From the NCBI GenBank assembly GCA_965218435.1, contig CBDCKW010000009.1, positions 1,024,001 through 1,088,000 of the forward strand: DNA of 64,000 nt. Direction: 5' to 3'. Positions 28,815 through 38,478 of this stretch are shown in pieces (the first letter of the stretch is position 1; every line of letters begins with the position of its first letter). The DNA is from Truepera sp. GTDB lineage: Bacteria; Deinococcota; Deinococci; Deinococcales; Trueperaceae. The notes under the pieces are model-generated. The model did no database searches. It was given only the letters and a program-made list of their open reading frames with translations, and was not told where the DNA came from. The translations under genes were made by a program, and so were the position numbers.

Positions 28815-30116
28815 ATGGAAACACATCTTGACGCGTTTCATGTAACCGGGGGCCGCCCACTACGCGGTGAGGTCACGGTTCATAGTGCCAAAAACTCTGC
28901 ACTTTACCTGATTTTAGGGGCGCTCTTAACCCGTGAGCCGGTTGTCCTCAAAGAGGTGCCGCGCCTCAGCGACATCTTAGCCATCTGTGAGCTGTTGGAG
29001 CATTTCGGGGCGCACACCACCTGGGTTGGCCGCGACCTTCAGATTGACGCCGCTGAACTCGTCACGACCGACGCACCCTACGCCCTTGTGAGTCAGCTCC
29101 GCGCGAGCTTCGTTGCGATGGGGGCACTTTTGGGGCGATGTGGCGAGGCGCATATCTCGGTGCCGGGGGGCTGCGCCTTTGGGCCGCGCCCGGTTGACCG
29201 CCATATCAAGGCGTTTCGGCAGCTCGGTGTCAACTTCGCCGAGATCAAAGGCGACTTCCACGCGCAAAGGGACGCGCCGCTCTCCGGGCGAGTCGTCTTT
29301 GAGGTGCCGACGGTTGGCGGGACGCAAAACGTGATTTTGGCGTCGGCGCTTGGAAGTGAACGGGTCATTATCGAAAACGCGGCGTTAGAGCCCGAAATCG
29401 CTGACCTCGCCGAGATGCTGAACGGGATGGGGGCACGTATCTCGGGAGCCGGAACGCCGACGATCACCATTGACGGCGTTCCGGCGCTTTCAGGGATCAC
29501 CTATCAGCCGCTACCCGACCGTATCGAGGCTGGGACGCTGCTGCTCGCCGTCGCTGCGACGCGGGGCCAGCTTACCCTCCGGGGCGTCCGGGCTGAGCAC
29601 CTGCGGACGGTGATCGCCAAGTTGGAGGAGAGCGGCGCTACGGTGCTCGAGCTCTCTCCCGACACGCTCTCTCTCGACGCCACCGGCCTACTTTCACCCG
29701 TTGACGTGGTGGCCTCAGAGTATCCCGGACTTCCTACCGATCTGCAAGCGCCTTTCGGCGCGTACCTCGCGACGATTCCCGGCACGAGCGTCGTGACCGA
29801 CCGCGTGTATCCCGACCGCTTTACCCACGTGGGTGAACTGGCCCGGACCGGGGCGCAACTTACGCTCCGTGAACACACCCTTGTCATTCAAGGAGGGGTG
29901 CTGCACGGCGCGGCGATGCACGCCGCCGACATCCGGGCAGGTGGAGCACTCGTCATTGCGGCGCTGACAGCGCGGGGTCACTCGACGATTACCGGCGTGC
30001 AGTACATCCGGCGCGGCTACGAACGTTTGGCGGAACGCTTGAGCACGTTGGGCGCGGACATCCACGTGGGCGCGGCTCCCACGACTGTACTGGGCACAGG
30101 AACGTACGGCGACTGA
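28815..30116 (+). CDS. murA: UDP-N-acetylglucosamine 1-carboxyvinyltransferase
   Basis: AKNS, RAS, PGGCAFGPRPVD, PDRIEAGT, PTDLQ, DIRAG, RGYE; GAGGAG SD before ATG 28815. Confidence 0.96.
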   Translation: METHLDAFHVTGGRPLRGEVTVHSAKNSALYLILGALLTREPVVLKEVPRLSDILAICELLEHFGAHTTWVGRDLQIDAAELVTTDAPYALVSQLRASFVAMGALLGRCGEAHISVPGGCAFGPRPVDRHIKAFRQLGVNFAEIKGDFHAQRDAPLSGRVVFEVPTVGGTQNVILASALGSERVIIENAALEPEIADLAEMLNGMGARISGAGTPTITIDGVPALSGITYQPLPDRIEAGTLLLAVAATRGQLTLRGVRAEHLRTVIAKLEESGATVLELSPDTLSLDATGLLSPVDVVASEYPGLPTDLQAPFGAYLATIPGTSVVTDRVYPDRFTHVGELARTGAQLTLREHTLVIQGGVLHGAAMHAADIRAGGALVIAALTARGHSTITGVQYIRRGYERLAERLSTLGADIHVGAAPTTVLGTGTYGD

Positions 30117-30147
30117 GCTTTCGGTTTGACCTGAGTACCTAGCAAAG

Positions 30148-30172
30148 AAGGGCACAGTTTTTCTGTGCCTTT
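30148..30172. terminator. Likely bidirectional terminator between murA and the convergent operon
   Basis: AAGGGCACAG-loop-CTGTGCCTTT stem with T/A-rich flanks. Confidence 0.7.
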
Positions 30173-30336
30173 TCTGCTTCGTCGGTTAGTATGTGGGCAA
30201 TGTTGACGTTTTTTACCGTTACGTTCTGGCTGCGTAAGGGACACTACTTTGTTTTACAAGCCGCCAACTTAACCATGTTTCCCGGCTGCCAACCTTTTTA
30301 GTACGTCGTCAGCTGCTTACAGAAAATACCCAAGAC

Positions 30337-31245
30337 CTAGTTTAGAATGGGCTCAGCGGGCGGCGCGGTTGCCTCGAGCTCAACCGGCTCCTCAGCTAAG
30401 GTGAGCTTGCCCTCAACCCGGCTCAGGTCCCGCAGCACCCGTGTGCGCCTGCGTCTATCCGCCTTCGTAAACGGGGCCAAGTAGCTGGTCGGTGGCGGGT
30501 TGACCCGCAGGTTGGCCCGCCGACCCAACCCCAAACTGACCCCCAAACCGGCCAAGGCGAGTAGCGCACCGGCACCTGCTAAGGCCAACCAGCCGGGTTC
30601 ACTGACCGAGGCGCGGACTTCGGGCAAGACGCCCTGCGCCAGCGCCCTCTCTTGCACCTCCGGCGTATCGGCCAAGACGTCGAGAACCGGTGACGCCGCC
30701 CCGCCTGCAAAGCCCCACGGCGAAGGTTCCGCGCGGAGCGCCCGCCAACCGCTCGAGCTAAAAGGGTCGTACGAACCGGCGATACCGTAGACGCTCAGGG
30801 GCGTCGGAACGGGTAACCGGGTTGTGACCGTCAGGGTTGTGCCCGCTACACTGAGCCGTGCGCCACTCGCCTCGGTGATATCCGCCGCGCCGCCGCCTTG
30901 TCCGCGAAACACTTGAACCTTGTCACCGGCGATACGAAACGCGTAGCGCCATGAGGCCCCGGTCGGCAGTCTCAGCGCCGACCCCGGCAAGAGGGCTGTT
31001 GCCCCGGCAGTTTGGTTTGCTGAGTTGCCGAGATAAAGCTCGAGGATCGCTCCCGGAAACTGCGCCCGACTCTCTAACGCGACGCTAAACGTCAGGGTCG
31101 GCGTGCGGTACACCGTGACGCCCCGAAGGTCAAACGCGCCCGCTTGCCGAAACGCCGCTGCAGTTGGCGGAGTGAGGTTACGCCCGACATCGCCGGGAGG
31201 GTCGGTGACGCTGAGGAGCGCAGCGACGAAAAGCGCCTCAAGCAC
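30337..31245 (-). CDS. Exported, membrane-anchored protein with glucodextranase DOMON-like domain
   Basis: Signal-like start, TDPPGD motif, FDL, beta-rich body, C-terminal TM; downstream of yvcK. Confidence 0.6.
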   Translation of the reverse strand: MLEALFVAALLSVTDPPGDVGRNLTPPTAAAFRQAGAFDLRGVTVYRTPTLTFSVALESRAQFPGAILELYLGNSANQTAGATALLPGSALRLPTGASWRYAFRIAGDKVQVFRGQGGGAADITEASGARLSVAGTTLTVTTRLPVPTPLSVYGIAGSYDPFSSSGWRALRAEPSPWGFAGGAASPVLDVLADTPEVQERALAQGVLPEVRASVSEPGWLALAGAGALLALAGLGVSLGLGRRANLRVNPPPTSYLAPFTKADRRRRTRVLRDLSRVEGKLTLAEEPVELEATAPPAEPILN

Positions 31246-31285
31246 CCTCTACCTCAAACATCTGCTACCCCAAACAGCTATTGCC

Positions 31286-32692
31286 TTAAACATCTGCGCC
31301 CGCCTTCACTTTGCAAAATGCGTAGAGCCAGCGGGCGAGCCGCTGTGAGTCATGCCCCGCTTGGAGGCCGCTACTTAACAGGTTGAGCGTCGCTACCTCG
31401 ATACCGGCCGCCTCAAAGGGTGCCGGGTCATAAGCAACGACCTCTGCGCCCTCGGCGTGATAACGCTCGAGGCGTTCAGCGTTGACCTCACCGGTATTGA
31501 CGACGACCCAATCAGGGTAGCGCCCCAGATGCGCGTAAAGCGCCTCGACGTGTTCCCAGGCGCTCAGGCCGTCGGTTTCTCCCGCTTCGGTCATGACGTT
31601 ACAGATGTAGACCAAAGGTGCGCGCGAAGCGAGAACCGCCGCGCGGCTCTCCGGGACCAGCAGGGGGGGGAGGGTGCTGGTAAATAAGCTGCCCGGACCC
31701 AGCACAATGACGTCGGCGGCGGCGAGCGCCAGTCCGACGTCGGGTACCATTGTCGGGTCGGGGGGCTCGAGCGACACCCTCGCAGCCGCGCCCGGTACGG
31801 CCCGCACCTGACTTTCGCCTACCACCGTTGCGCCGGAACGTTTGAGGACCTTGAGCGTCGTGGGTTGAGTCGTAATCGGGTAGACCGCGCCGCAGATATT
31901 GAGGAGCGAATTCAACACGCGCACGGCGCGTGCAAAGTCTCCCTCGACCTCGGTCAAGGTGGTGATTAAAAGGTTACCGAAGGTGTGGCCTTTAAGCTCG
32001 CCGCCCCGAGCGTAGCGGTACTCTAACAGCTGAGACACGTGCAGTTCATTGTCTGAGAGTGCCGCCAAACAGTCGGTCAGGTCGCCCGGTGCTGGAATCC
32101 CGTACGCTTCCCGGAGACGTCCCGACGAGCCGCCGTCGTCACTCACAGACACGACCGCGGTGATGTTCGAGGTGTAGTGCCGCAACCCCCTCAGCAGGTT
32201 AGAGAGTCCGGTGCCGCCGCCGAACGCCACGACGCGCGGCCCTTTGGCGAGCGAGACGCGGCGGTGGAGCAAGACGGCGGCGTCTTTAGGTTTGGGCATC
32301 CAGTTTGATAACAGCGAGCGGTTCAGGCGGCCTACGGCCCCAATCGCCAGCACGCTCCCGCCACCCACTAACAGGAGCGCCAAAAGCCCGCCCCAACGCC
32401 GCCACCAAAGGCTTCCTAAGACAGAGCTACCAAACGGACCTAGCCCGTAACCCCGGCTCCAGAGCCAGAACGCGCCGACGAGCACCCCAACGAGCAGCGC
32501 CCCAACGCCCGCACCGATCACCACGACGTGCCGTTTGACGCCCATTCCCGGCATGAGCCAATAGCGGAGATTGCCGAACCGTCCCCACGGTTTGAGTTCT
32601 CTCTGTTTAGGCCCTGTCTGTTCAGGTGCCGTGGGGCGCAGCCGGTTGCTCGGGGAGACCGGTCTGAAGCCGCGCCCGCGCGGTCTAGCCAT
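31286..32692 (-). CDS. yvcK: YvcK/GlmR family (UPF0052) protein with N-terminal TM helices
   Basis: GGGTGLS, DDGGSSG, GHTFGNL, GPGSLFTS, NVMTEAGET; start set at ATG 32692. Confidence 0.9.
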   Translation of the reverse strand: MARPRGRGFRPVSPSNRLRPTAPEQTGPKQRELKPWGRFGNLRYWLMPGMGVKRHVVVIGAGVGALLVGVLVGAFWLWSRGYGLGPFGSSVLGSLWWRRWGGLLALLLVGGGSVLAIGAVGRLNRSLLSNWMPKPKDAAVLLHRRVSLAKGPRVVAFGGGTGLSNLLRGLRHYTSNITAVVSVSDDGGSSGRLREAYGIPAPGDLTDCLAALSDNELHVSQLLEYRYARGGELKGHTFGNLLITTLTEVEGDFARAVRVLNSLLNICGAVYPITTQPTTLKVLKRSGATVVGESQVRAVPGAAARVSLEPPDPTMVPDVGLALAAADVIVLGPGSLFTSTLPPLLVPESRAAVLASRAPLVYICNVMTEAGETDGLSAWEHVEALYAHLGRYPDWVVVNTGEVNAERLERYHAEGAEVVAYDPAPFEAAGIEVATLNLLSSGLQAGHDSQRLARWLYAFCKVKAGADV

Positions 32693-33554
32693 GTGCGGCT
32701 CCGTGTGCGAGGTCGTATTCAGCCAGAGCTTGCGCCAAGTCGCGGTGCTCGGCGTAGGTGGCGAACACGTCGGCGAGATCGGTTTTGAGGCGTTCGGCAA
32801 AGGCGACTGAGCGGTGCTGGCCGCCGGTGCAACCTACTGCAACGGTGTAGCTCGAGCGCCCCGTCACCAGTGCCCGCGTCGCTAGGAGCCGGACAAACTC
32901 GCGTAGTTCGGTGTAAAACGCCAACCCTTCAGCGGTAAAGACGTAGGCCGCGACTTCCGGGTCTTGACCGCTTTTAGGGCGCAAGGCTGGATCGTAGTAG
33001 GGGTTAGGAAGCGAGCGCAGGTCGAACACGTTATCCGCGTCAATCGGCACGCCCCGCTTAAACCCGAACGATGAGAGGCGCAGGCGAAATTTACGGTCGT
33101 CGCCAAAGCGTGCTCGTAACTCTTCAGTTAGCTCTCTAGCTGAGAGGCTCGAGGTGTCGAGCACGGTGTCGGCCACCGCCCGAAGGTCACCTAAAACCAC
33201 GCGTTCGCTGGCGATATCTTGCTGCAAGGGTGCAAACCCGAGCGGGTGCGTACGGCGGGTAAAGTTGTAGCGCCGGATCAGCGTCTCGTCCGTGGCGTCT
33301 AAAAAAACGACTTCAGGGATGATGCCGCGTGCGCGCAACGACCCGAGCGCCGCGCCGAGTTTGGGTAAAAAGACTGCGGTGCGCACCCCGACACCCACAG
33401 CAACTCTCGGTTGAACCGGGTCAGCTTGAGAGACCAGCTCGTCCCATAAGGCGGGCGGCACGTTGTCGGCGGTAAAATAGCCGAGGTCTTCCAAAGCGGC
33501 GAGCGCGGTGGTTCGCCCCGCCCCTGAAAGCCCTGTTAAAATGACAAACCTCAC
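32685..33554 (-). CDS. rapZ: RNase adapter RapZ / YvcJ P-loop protein
   Basis: TGLSGAGRT, SFGFKRG, LPNPY, GCTGGQHRSV. Confidence 0.95.
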   Translation of the reverse strand: MRFVILTGLSGAGRTTALAALEDLGYFTADNVPPALWDELVSQADPVQPRVAVGVGVRTAVFLPKLGAALGSLRARGIIPEVVFLDATDETLIRRYNFTRRTHPLGFAPLQQDIASERVVLGDLRAVADTVLDTSSLSARELTEELRARFGDDRKFRLRLSSFGFKRGVPIDADNVFDLRSLPNPYYDPALRPKSGQDPEVAAYVFTAEGLAFYTELREFVRLLATRALVTGRSSYTVAVGCTGGQHRSVAFAERLKTDLADVFATYAEHRDLAQALAEYDLAHGAAHG

Positions 33555-33563
33555 CCTTATACC

Positions 33564-34277
33564 TTACGGCCTGGTGAGGCTAAGCGCAAAGACATCTGCG
33601 CCTTGTTGTACGACGGCGACCCCCGCCGAACGCCAGAGCAACTTTCCGGCGGTAACAAGCAGCGACCCTCCGCCTAAGTCGGCGCGGACGAGCGGCACAC
33701 CCCGGCTCTGCGTCGCGCGAAACGTTGCGCGCAACGTTTCGCCAAGACCGGGGGATGAGGCCACTGGGAGAAGCGTGTCAAACCATTCTGAACCGGCCTC
33801 GCTAGCTGACGCGCCGCTTACAGTTTGACCCAAGGCCCAGTTTTGACCGTCAAAGGTGATGGTGCGTTTGCCGTCCGCCTCGAGCCAGAAGGTCACTCGG
33901 CTCGCCGTACTCGACTCGAGCCCCCAAGCCGCAGGTGGAACGAACCCGAGTTCGCGTTCGGCGCAGACGGTCGGTGTCGCTTCTGCTGATAAAGAAACGA
34001 CGAGTGCGTCTGCCGCGACGCGTTGCCGCACATCTTGCGCTAGTCCCTCAGCGTCCGCCCTTGCGCCAAAACAGCCGATTCTGACCTGCGTGAGTGAGGC
34101 TCCCGGTGTAGCGTCCGTATAGGCGTCGTAACCCACGTCCCGAAGCTGCGCCGCGACATCTTCAGCACGCGCGGCTTGCGAATAAGCAAACACCTGAACG
34201 GTCCACCGCTGGGCCGAAGCATAAGTGGGGGTGCTCGAGACCAGCAAAAATAAAAGACAGTATAATACAGCACGCAC
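33564..34277 (-). CDS. Exported SPOR-domain protein
   Basis: Signal peptide; WTVQVFAY...GYDAY...VRIGCF..RADA. Confidence 0.75.
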   Translation of the reverse strand: MRAVLYCLLFLLVSSTPTYASAQRWTVQVFAYSQAARAEDVAAQLRDVGYDAYTDATPGASLTQVRIGCFGARADAEGLAQDVRQRVAADALVVSLSAEATPTVCAERELGFVPPAAWGLESSTASRVTFWLEADGKRTITFDGQNWALGQTVSGASASEAGSEWFDTLLPVASSPGLGETLRATFRATQSRGVPLVRADLGGGSLLVTAGKLLWRSAGVAVVQQGADVFALSLTRP

Positions 34278-34400
34278 ACATCATCCTACCAAACTGTAAG
34301 GTGCGTAAGATGTGACTGCGTAAAATAAGTTTGTTTTTTGCTCTTTAAGAGGAATGGGTCTATATTTCCTTACGGCTCATAGCAAAGAGCACACTTGACC

Positions 34401-35322
34401 TTATAGCACATGCTCTTTCAGCCAATTCACCATAATCTGCTGATACTGGCTCGATACCGTTCCCGCATCCCGTCAACGCCACTGCTTGAAATGCTCAGCA
34501 TAAAGTGATTGGCATCTTTTACCCGTTTAACTACGAGGTTTGTCGTTTTTCCCTTTTGCCACTGTGAGATACTTTCATCTACCGGAATCCAGGGGTCTAT
34601 TTCCCCATACATGAGCAAAGTAGGAACCTCAACACGGTCTATAAAAGTACCCAGGTCAAAGTCAAGTATCTTGTGCCATTTTGTCGTCTCAACATTGTCA
34701 GGCAAATCAGTGCTCATGTATGAAAATTGAAACCAAGCTTGTGACTCGGCTTCCTTAAGTCTTTTTTGGGTAGCAGCGCGGCTCGCTTTATTACGGTAAT
34801 AGTCGTCGTAGAGCTTTCTTAAGGCACGCATCTCATCAATTTCTGCGTCTGTAAAGCCATTTTCTTCAAGGGCAAAAGTCGCACTATAAAGCATTTGCTC
34901 AGCAGGGGTTATAGTTGCGCCGGAGACGACAATTAAAAATGCGATATTTTCCGAGAGGGCTGCGGCAAACGGTGCAAGCCAACCCCCTTGACTCATACCC
35001 CATAAGCCAATTTGCTTAATATCCTGCCTTGCTTTCAAGGTGTCTTTGCAAAGAGCAAATCATCAGTGAGGTCTTCAAAAGAAGTATTGTGAGAGTTGCC
35101 CGTTGACTGCCCCTCCCCTCGACGGTCAAATACTAAGACGGCAATGCCAAGCTGTGTCAAAGTTTCAGCTAAATGCTGATAAACATCCCAGTCTCGTGTG
35201 CCACCTTGAGAGGCGTGTGCAACGATGATAGTTGGATATTCAGCAACCCTCTCAGGTTTGTACAGTGTGCCTCCAAGCGTGCTCTTCTCCTCGTTTTGAA
35301 AACGTACCTGTTCTTCAATCAT
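34401..35322 (-). pseudogene. Alpha/beta hydrolase with two frameshifts
   Basis: N-part (LGGTLYKP, FDRRGEGQS) and C-part (GMSQGG, GEID, ANH) in different frames near 35045; C-terminal helix SSQYQQIMVNWLKEHVL* again shifted near 34470; AT-richer than flanks. Confidence 0.82.
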
Positions 35323-35352
35323 GGGGTTACCAACATCGCACAGAGCCAAAAA

Positions 35353-35589
35353 TTAAATCGGGTCTTGCTCGGAGTCGTTGCGCTCAGCCGGGTCGTTCGT
35401 GCCGTGCCGCCCACAACCGGGACAATCAACCGAGATGAGCGGGTCGCCGCCCCCACTTTCTGCCGGGTCGCGCTCGAGCTTAAGCTCTAAAACGCTTTCA
35501 CAGTAGGGGCAGAGTGCGCCCCCTTGAGTTTGGTACGCGACCCAGATCGCGTCCATCTGGTCAGCGGTATAGTCTTCGTGTTTGGTCAT
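35353..35589 (-). CDS. Small zinc-ribbon-like protein
   Basis: CPYC...CPGC; acidic; GAAGGG before ATG 35589. Confidence 0.65.
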   Translation of the reverse strand: MTKHEDYTADQMDAIWVAYQTQGGALCPYCESVLELKLERDPAESGGGDPLISVDCPGCGRHGTNDPAERNDSEQDPI

Positions 35590-35778
35590 TGTGCGCCCTT
35601 CGTCAAGCTTAGCAGGTGTCATCAAACGCTCTTTATCTAAAGTTTGCCGACTATCACGAACATTCTGTGATGATAGCTGTGAAAATTTCTGCTGGAAATG
35701 CTGGCCGCTAAAAAGTCGCTAAGGTCAAGCGCCACGTTTGGGCGTCCCGGTCTCTACGGTCTCGGTTTACAGGTCGGG

Positions 35779-36057
35779 TTACGCTGTTTCGTTCTCAGCC
35801 CAGGGTGAGATGCCTGCCTCGCCCAGTGCTTCGGCCCAGCCGTCCATACACGGATACTTCGACTTGTCGGTGGTGTCGCCGAGTACCCAGTTTAAGATGT
35901 CAACCATTTCGATAAAGCGGGTGCGGCGGGCGTGCCAGTACACGACCTTATCGCTCTGCGCAATCTCAGTTGCGCTCATCTCGATCACGTCGGCGTGCGT
36001 GTCTTCGATTTCTCGGATCATTTCACGAACTTCATCGGGGGTATGGTTAAAGCTCAT
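35779..36057 (-). CDS. Hypothetical acidic protein
   Basis: 92 aa ORF with AAGG SD and protein-like composition. Confidence 0.65.
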   Translation of the reverse strand: MSFNHTPDEVREMIREIEDTHADVIEMSATEIAQSDKVVYWHARRTRFIEMVDILNWVLGDTTDKSKYPCMDGWAEALGEAGISPWAENETA

Positions 36058-36126
36058 ACCTTATTTTGGCAACCTCCTGAGGGTTTGGCTGCGGCCCAGC
36101 TTGCTTTCAGGCAGGTAAGTTGTGCG

Positions 36127-36597
36127 TTACCGGGAGTTTGGAGGCGCAAAGCGAGTTTTGAGGGTCTGCTCGAGCCGTTCCAAAAAGGCCCTGGTAAAGG
36201 GCGTACCGAGAGCGGTAACGCGGGTCTGCGGCGGGTCGCTGCTGAGGCGCGTTACCTCGACGTTGATCCGGTGAACGTCCGGGGGCGCGTCCGACCCGAC
36301 GAAGCCTGCTGCTCTCGAGCGCGCCTCAGCGACGATCAGCCCGGCTTCCCGGTCACTTACCGTAATGAGCCACGGCGTTGACGCACCGCGCCGGTAACCG
36401 TTCACACCTCCTGGATTGTAAGGCGCGACGCCGGGGTCGGCGGCAATGACTTCTAAAACGGTCGTAAAAACCGCGCTATAGGGCGCGTCGTACACTGCCG
36501 GAGCGGTCTGCGCAGCTTGAACTGCGGGCGCACAGGCACTTAGAAGCCACGCTCCCAAAAAGAATATGAGCATGAGCGAACGGCGCACCGGCTTCAT
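36127..36597 (-). CDS. Hypothetical lipoprotein
   Basis: Basic N-terminus, hydrophobic core, lipobox LSAC. Confidence 0.75.
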   Translation of the reverse strand: MKPVRRSLMLIFFLGAWLLSACAPAVQAAQTAPAVYDAPYSAVFTTVLEVIAADPGVAPYNPGGVNGYRRGASTPWLITVSDREAGLIVAEARSRAAGFVGSDAPPDVHRINVEVTRLSSDPPQTRVTALGTPFTRAFLERLEQTLKTRFAPPNSR

Positions 36598-36602
36598 CTG
36601 CT

Positions 36603-36776
36603 TTAGCGTACAATCCCGACGATGAGCACGAGCACAAAACTTAGCACCGCGACCAGAAAGCCGTGCAGCAGTACCTGCGGGTAACGTGCGCGAACGCCTG
36701 CGAACGCTGAAGCTGTGACCATCAAGATGCCGAGTAGAAACAGTACTGAGATGCTGAAAAGTAGAGGGTCAGCCAT
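36603..36776 (-). CDS. Small two-TM membrane protein (57 aa)
   Basis: MADPLLFSISVLFLLGILMVTASAFAGVRARYPQVLLHGFLVAVLSFVLVLIVGIVR*; TATACT just upstream; below ORF-track cutoff. Confidence 0.65.
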   Translation of the reverse strand: MADPLLFSISVLFLLGILMVTASAFAGVRARYPQVLLHGFLVAVLSFVLVLIVGIVR

Positions 36777-36851
36777 GTCTAGGTAGTATAGCCGCGCAGC
36801 TATAACTGCGAACTGCGCCTTATGCTATTTGAACTTCCAGGGTTTGAACCG

Positions 36852-37109
36852 TTACTGTGAAGTATTGGTATCTTCGACGGCGTTGTCTACCGGATTCGTG
36901 TTGTCTCCGGGAACAGGCGTAGCGTTTCTAGCCGGGAGCACGAGCGCCGCGCCTAAGAACGCAATCACGAGCCCCAGCATCAGCGTGCCGAAACGTCCGA
37001 TAAAGCCCTTTTCCTTACGACCATCGTCGCGCTGCCCCTGAACCAAATTTTGTACAATCAAAAAAAGGCCGATAACCAATAAGATAATCCCTGAAACCGT
37101 CTGCACCAT
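36852..37109 (-). CDS. Small two-TM membrane protein
   Basis: Two hydrophobic segments, charged loop, acidic tail. Confidence 0.7.
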   Translation of the reverse strand: MVQTVSGIILLVIGLFLIVQNLVQGQRDDGRKEKGFIGRFGTLMLGLVIAFLGAALVLPARNATPVPGDNTNPVDNAVEDTNTSQ

Positions 37110-37126
37110 GCCTTTATTATGAAGGT

Positions 37127-37492
37127 GTGAGCGCCGAAAAGAGTGAAAGCTATCCCGCGGAGCTGAGGCGGTTTAGACAGAAGGTATTGGGCTTAGTTGC
37201 CGAGATTCCTCAGGGGCGTGTAGCGACGTATGGGCAGATCGCGCTGTTAGCCGGTCAGCCTCGCGCGGCGCGTCAGGTAGGTGGGGTCTTGTACGGTCTT
37301 GCCGGAACGGACGCTGAGACCCTGCCGTGGCACCGAGTGATCAACGCGCGAGGCGGGATTTCAACCTACAAGGTCGGCGCGGGCGAGTTGCAACGGGCAC
37401 TGTTAGCGTCTGAAGGGGTGCAGTTCGACGCGCGGGGACGCTGCGACTTGGCGCGTTACCGTTTTGACTTTGGTTTGTCCGGTCCTACTTGA
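37127..37492 (+). CDS. Alkyltransferase-like protein (ATL/YbaZ; MGMT family)
   Basis: IPQGRVATYGQIA, ARQVG, PWHRV (Trp in place of the MGMT Cys). Confidence 0.92.
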   Translation: MSAEKSESYPAELRRFRQKVLGLVAEIPQGRVATYGQIALLAGQPRAARQVGGVLYGLAGTDAETLPWHRVINARGGISTYKVGAGELQRALLASEGVQFDARGRCDLARYRFDFGLSGPT

Positions 37493-38436
37493 ACTGCGGT
37501 ATCGGGCGGCGTCGTTGGGTCGTAAGATTCAGGAACGAGTACCCGGACGCCGTTTGGGACGACTTCGACCTCGAGCGGCGTCCGCCCGAGTTCATCCCCG
37601 TCAATTTCGGTCGGCAGTCCCGGACGCGCACTGATTTTGATCTTTTTGGCCTTAAAGTAGCGCAGATCGCGGTCGGTGCTGTAGTCGCGGCGAAACACCT
37701 TAAAGGCGAGCCTTAGGTTGTCGCGGAGCCCCACCGAGCCGATCGTCACGACGTTCAAAATCCCGTCGTGGTGCCAGATATCGGGGCCGATCGAGATGTT
37801 AGCGTTGTCAATCCGGCCGATGTTGACGACCATGGCGGTGTGCGCCCGGACCCGCTGGCGTTTACCGTCTAAGATAAGTGTCAGCGAGCTGCGTTTAAGC
37901 CGGACGCTCTGCCGCAATCCGACGAGCACATAGGCGAGAAACCCCAACCGGCGTTTGAGCTCGCGCGGTGAGTTTTCAATCACACTTGCGTCGAACCCGG
38001 CTCCGGTAATCAGCGCAAAATAGCGGTCGGCGTTGGGCAGGTAGCCCACGTCTAAGTCCACGACTTTAGACGGGGTATCGAAAAGGAGCTCGAGCGCCTC
38101 CCCCACATTTTTAGGAATCTCTAACGCCAGCGCAATCTGACTCGCTGTCCCCGACGGCAGCTGCGCGAGCGGAATGGGGTTGCCCGCCCGAATCAGCCCC
38201 GACATCGCCTCGACGACGGTGCCGTCGCCTCCCGAAGTCAAAACAATATCAAAGCCTTCGTCAGCGGCTTCTCCGGCCCACCGTTCCGCGTCCCCTTCGC
38301 CCTCGGTGCGGCGCACCACAGCCTCAACCCCGGCTCTTTCCGCCCGTATTTCAATCAGTCCGGTGACCTTGTCCGGGTCTTGCTGCCCGGAAACCGGATT
38401 CATAATGACTAAAATCTTTTTGTAAGGTTGCTGCAC
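37456..38436 (-). CDS. Diacylglycerol/lipid kinase family (YegS-like)
   Basis: NPVSG, GGDGT, LPSGT, GFDA, EIDGD. Confidence 0.92.
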   Translation of the reverse strand: MQQPYKKILVIMNPVSGQQDPDKVTGLIEIRAERAGVEAVVRRTEGEGDAERWAGEAADEGFDIVLTSGGDGTVVEAMSGLIRAGNPIPLAQLPSGTASQIALALEIPKNVGEALELLFDTPSKVVDLDVGYLPNADRYFALITGAGFDASVIENSPRELKRRLGFLAYVLVGLRQSVRLKRSSLTLILDGKRQRVRAHTAMVVNIGRIDNANISIGPDIWHHDGILNVVTIGSVGLRDNLRLAFKVFRRDYSTDRDLRYFKAKKIKISARPGLPTEIDGDELGRTPLEVEVVPNGVRVLVPESYDPTTPPDTAVQVGPDKPKSKR

Positions 38437-38478
38437 TCCTGCCCTCTCTCCCCAGTAGGCGGGCCGTATAATAGCCCG

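Noticed and set aside
35651..35682. TATCAC/GTGAT dyad and TGTGA repeats as a CRP-type site
   Set aside because: Spacing does not fit TGTGA-N6-TCACA
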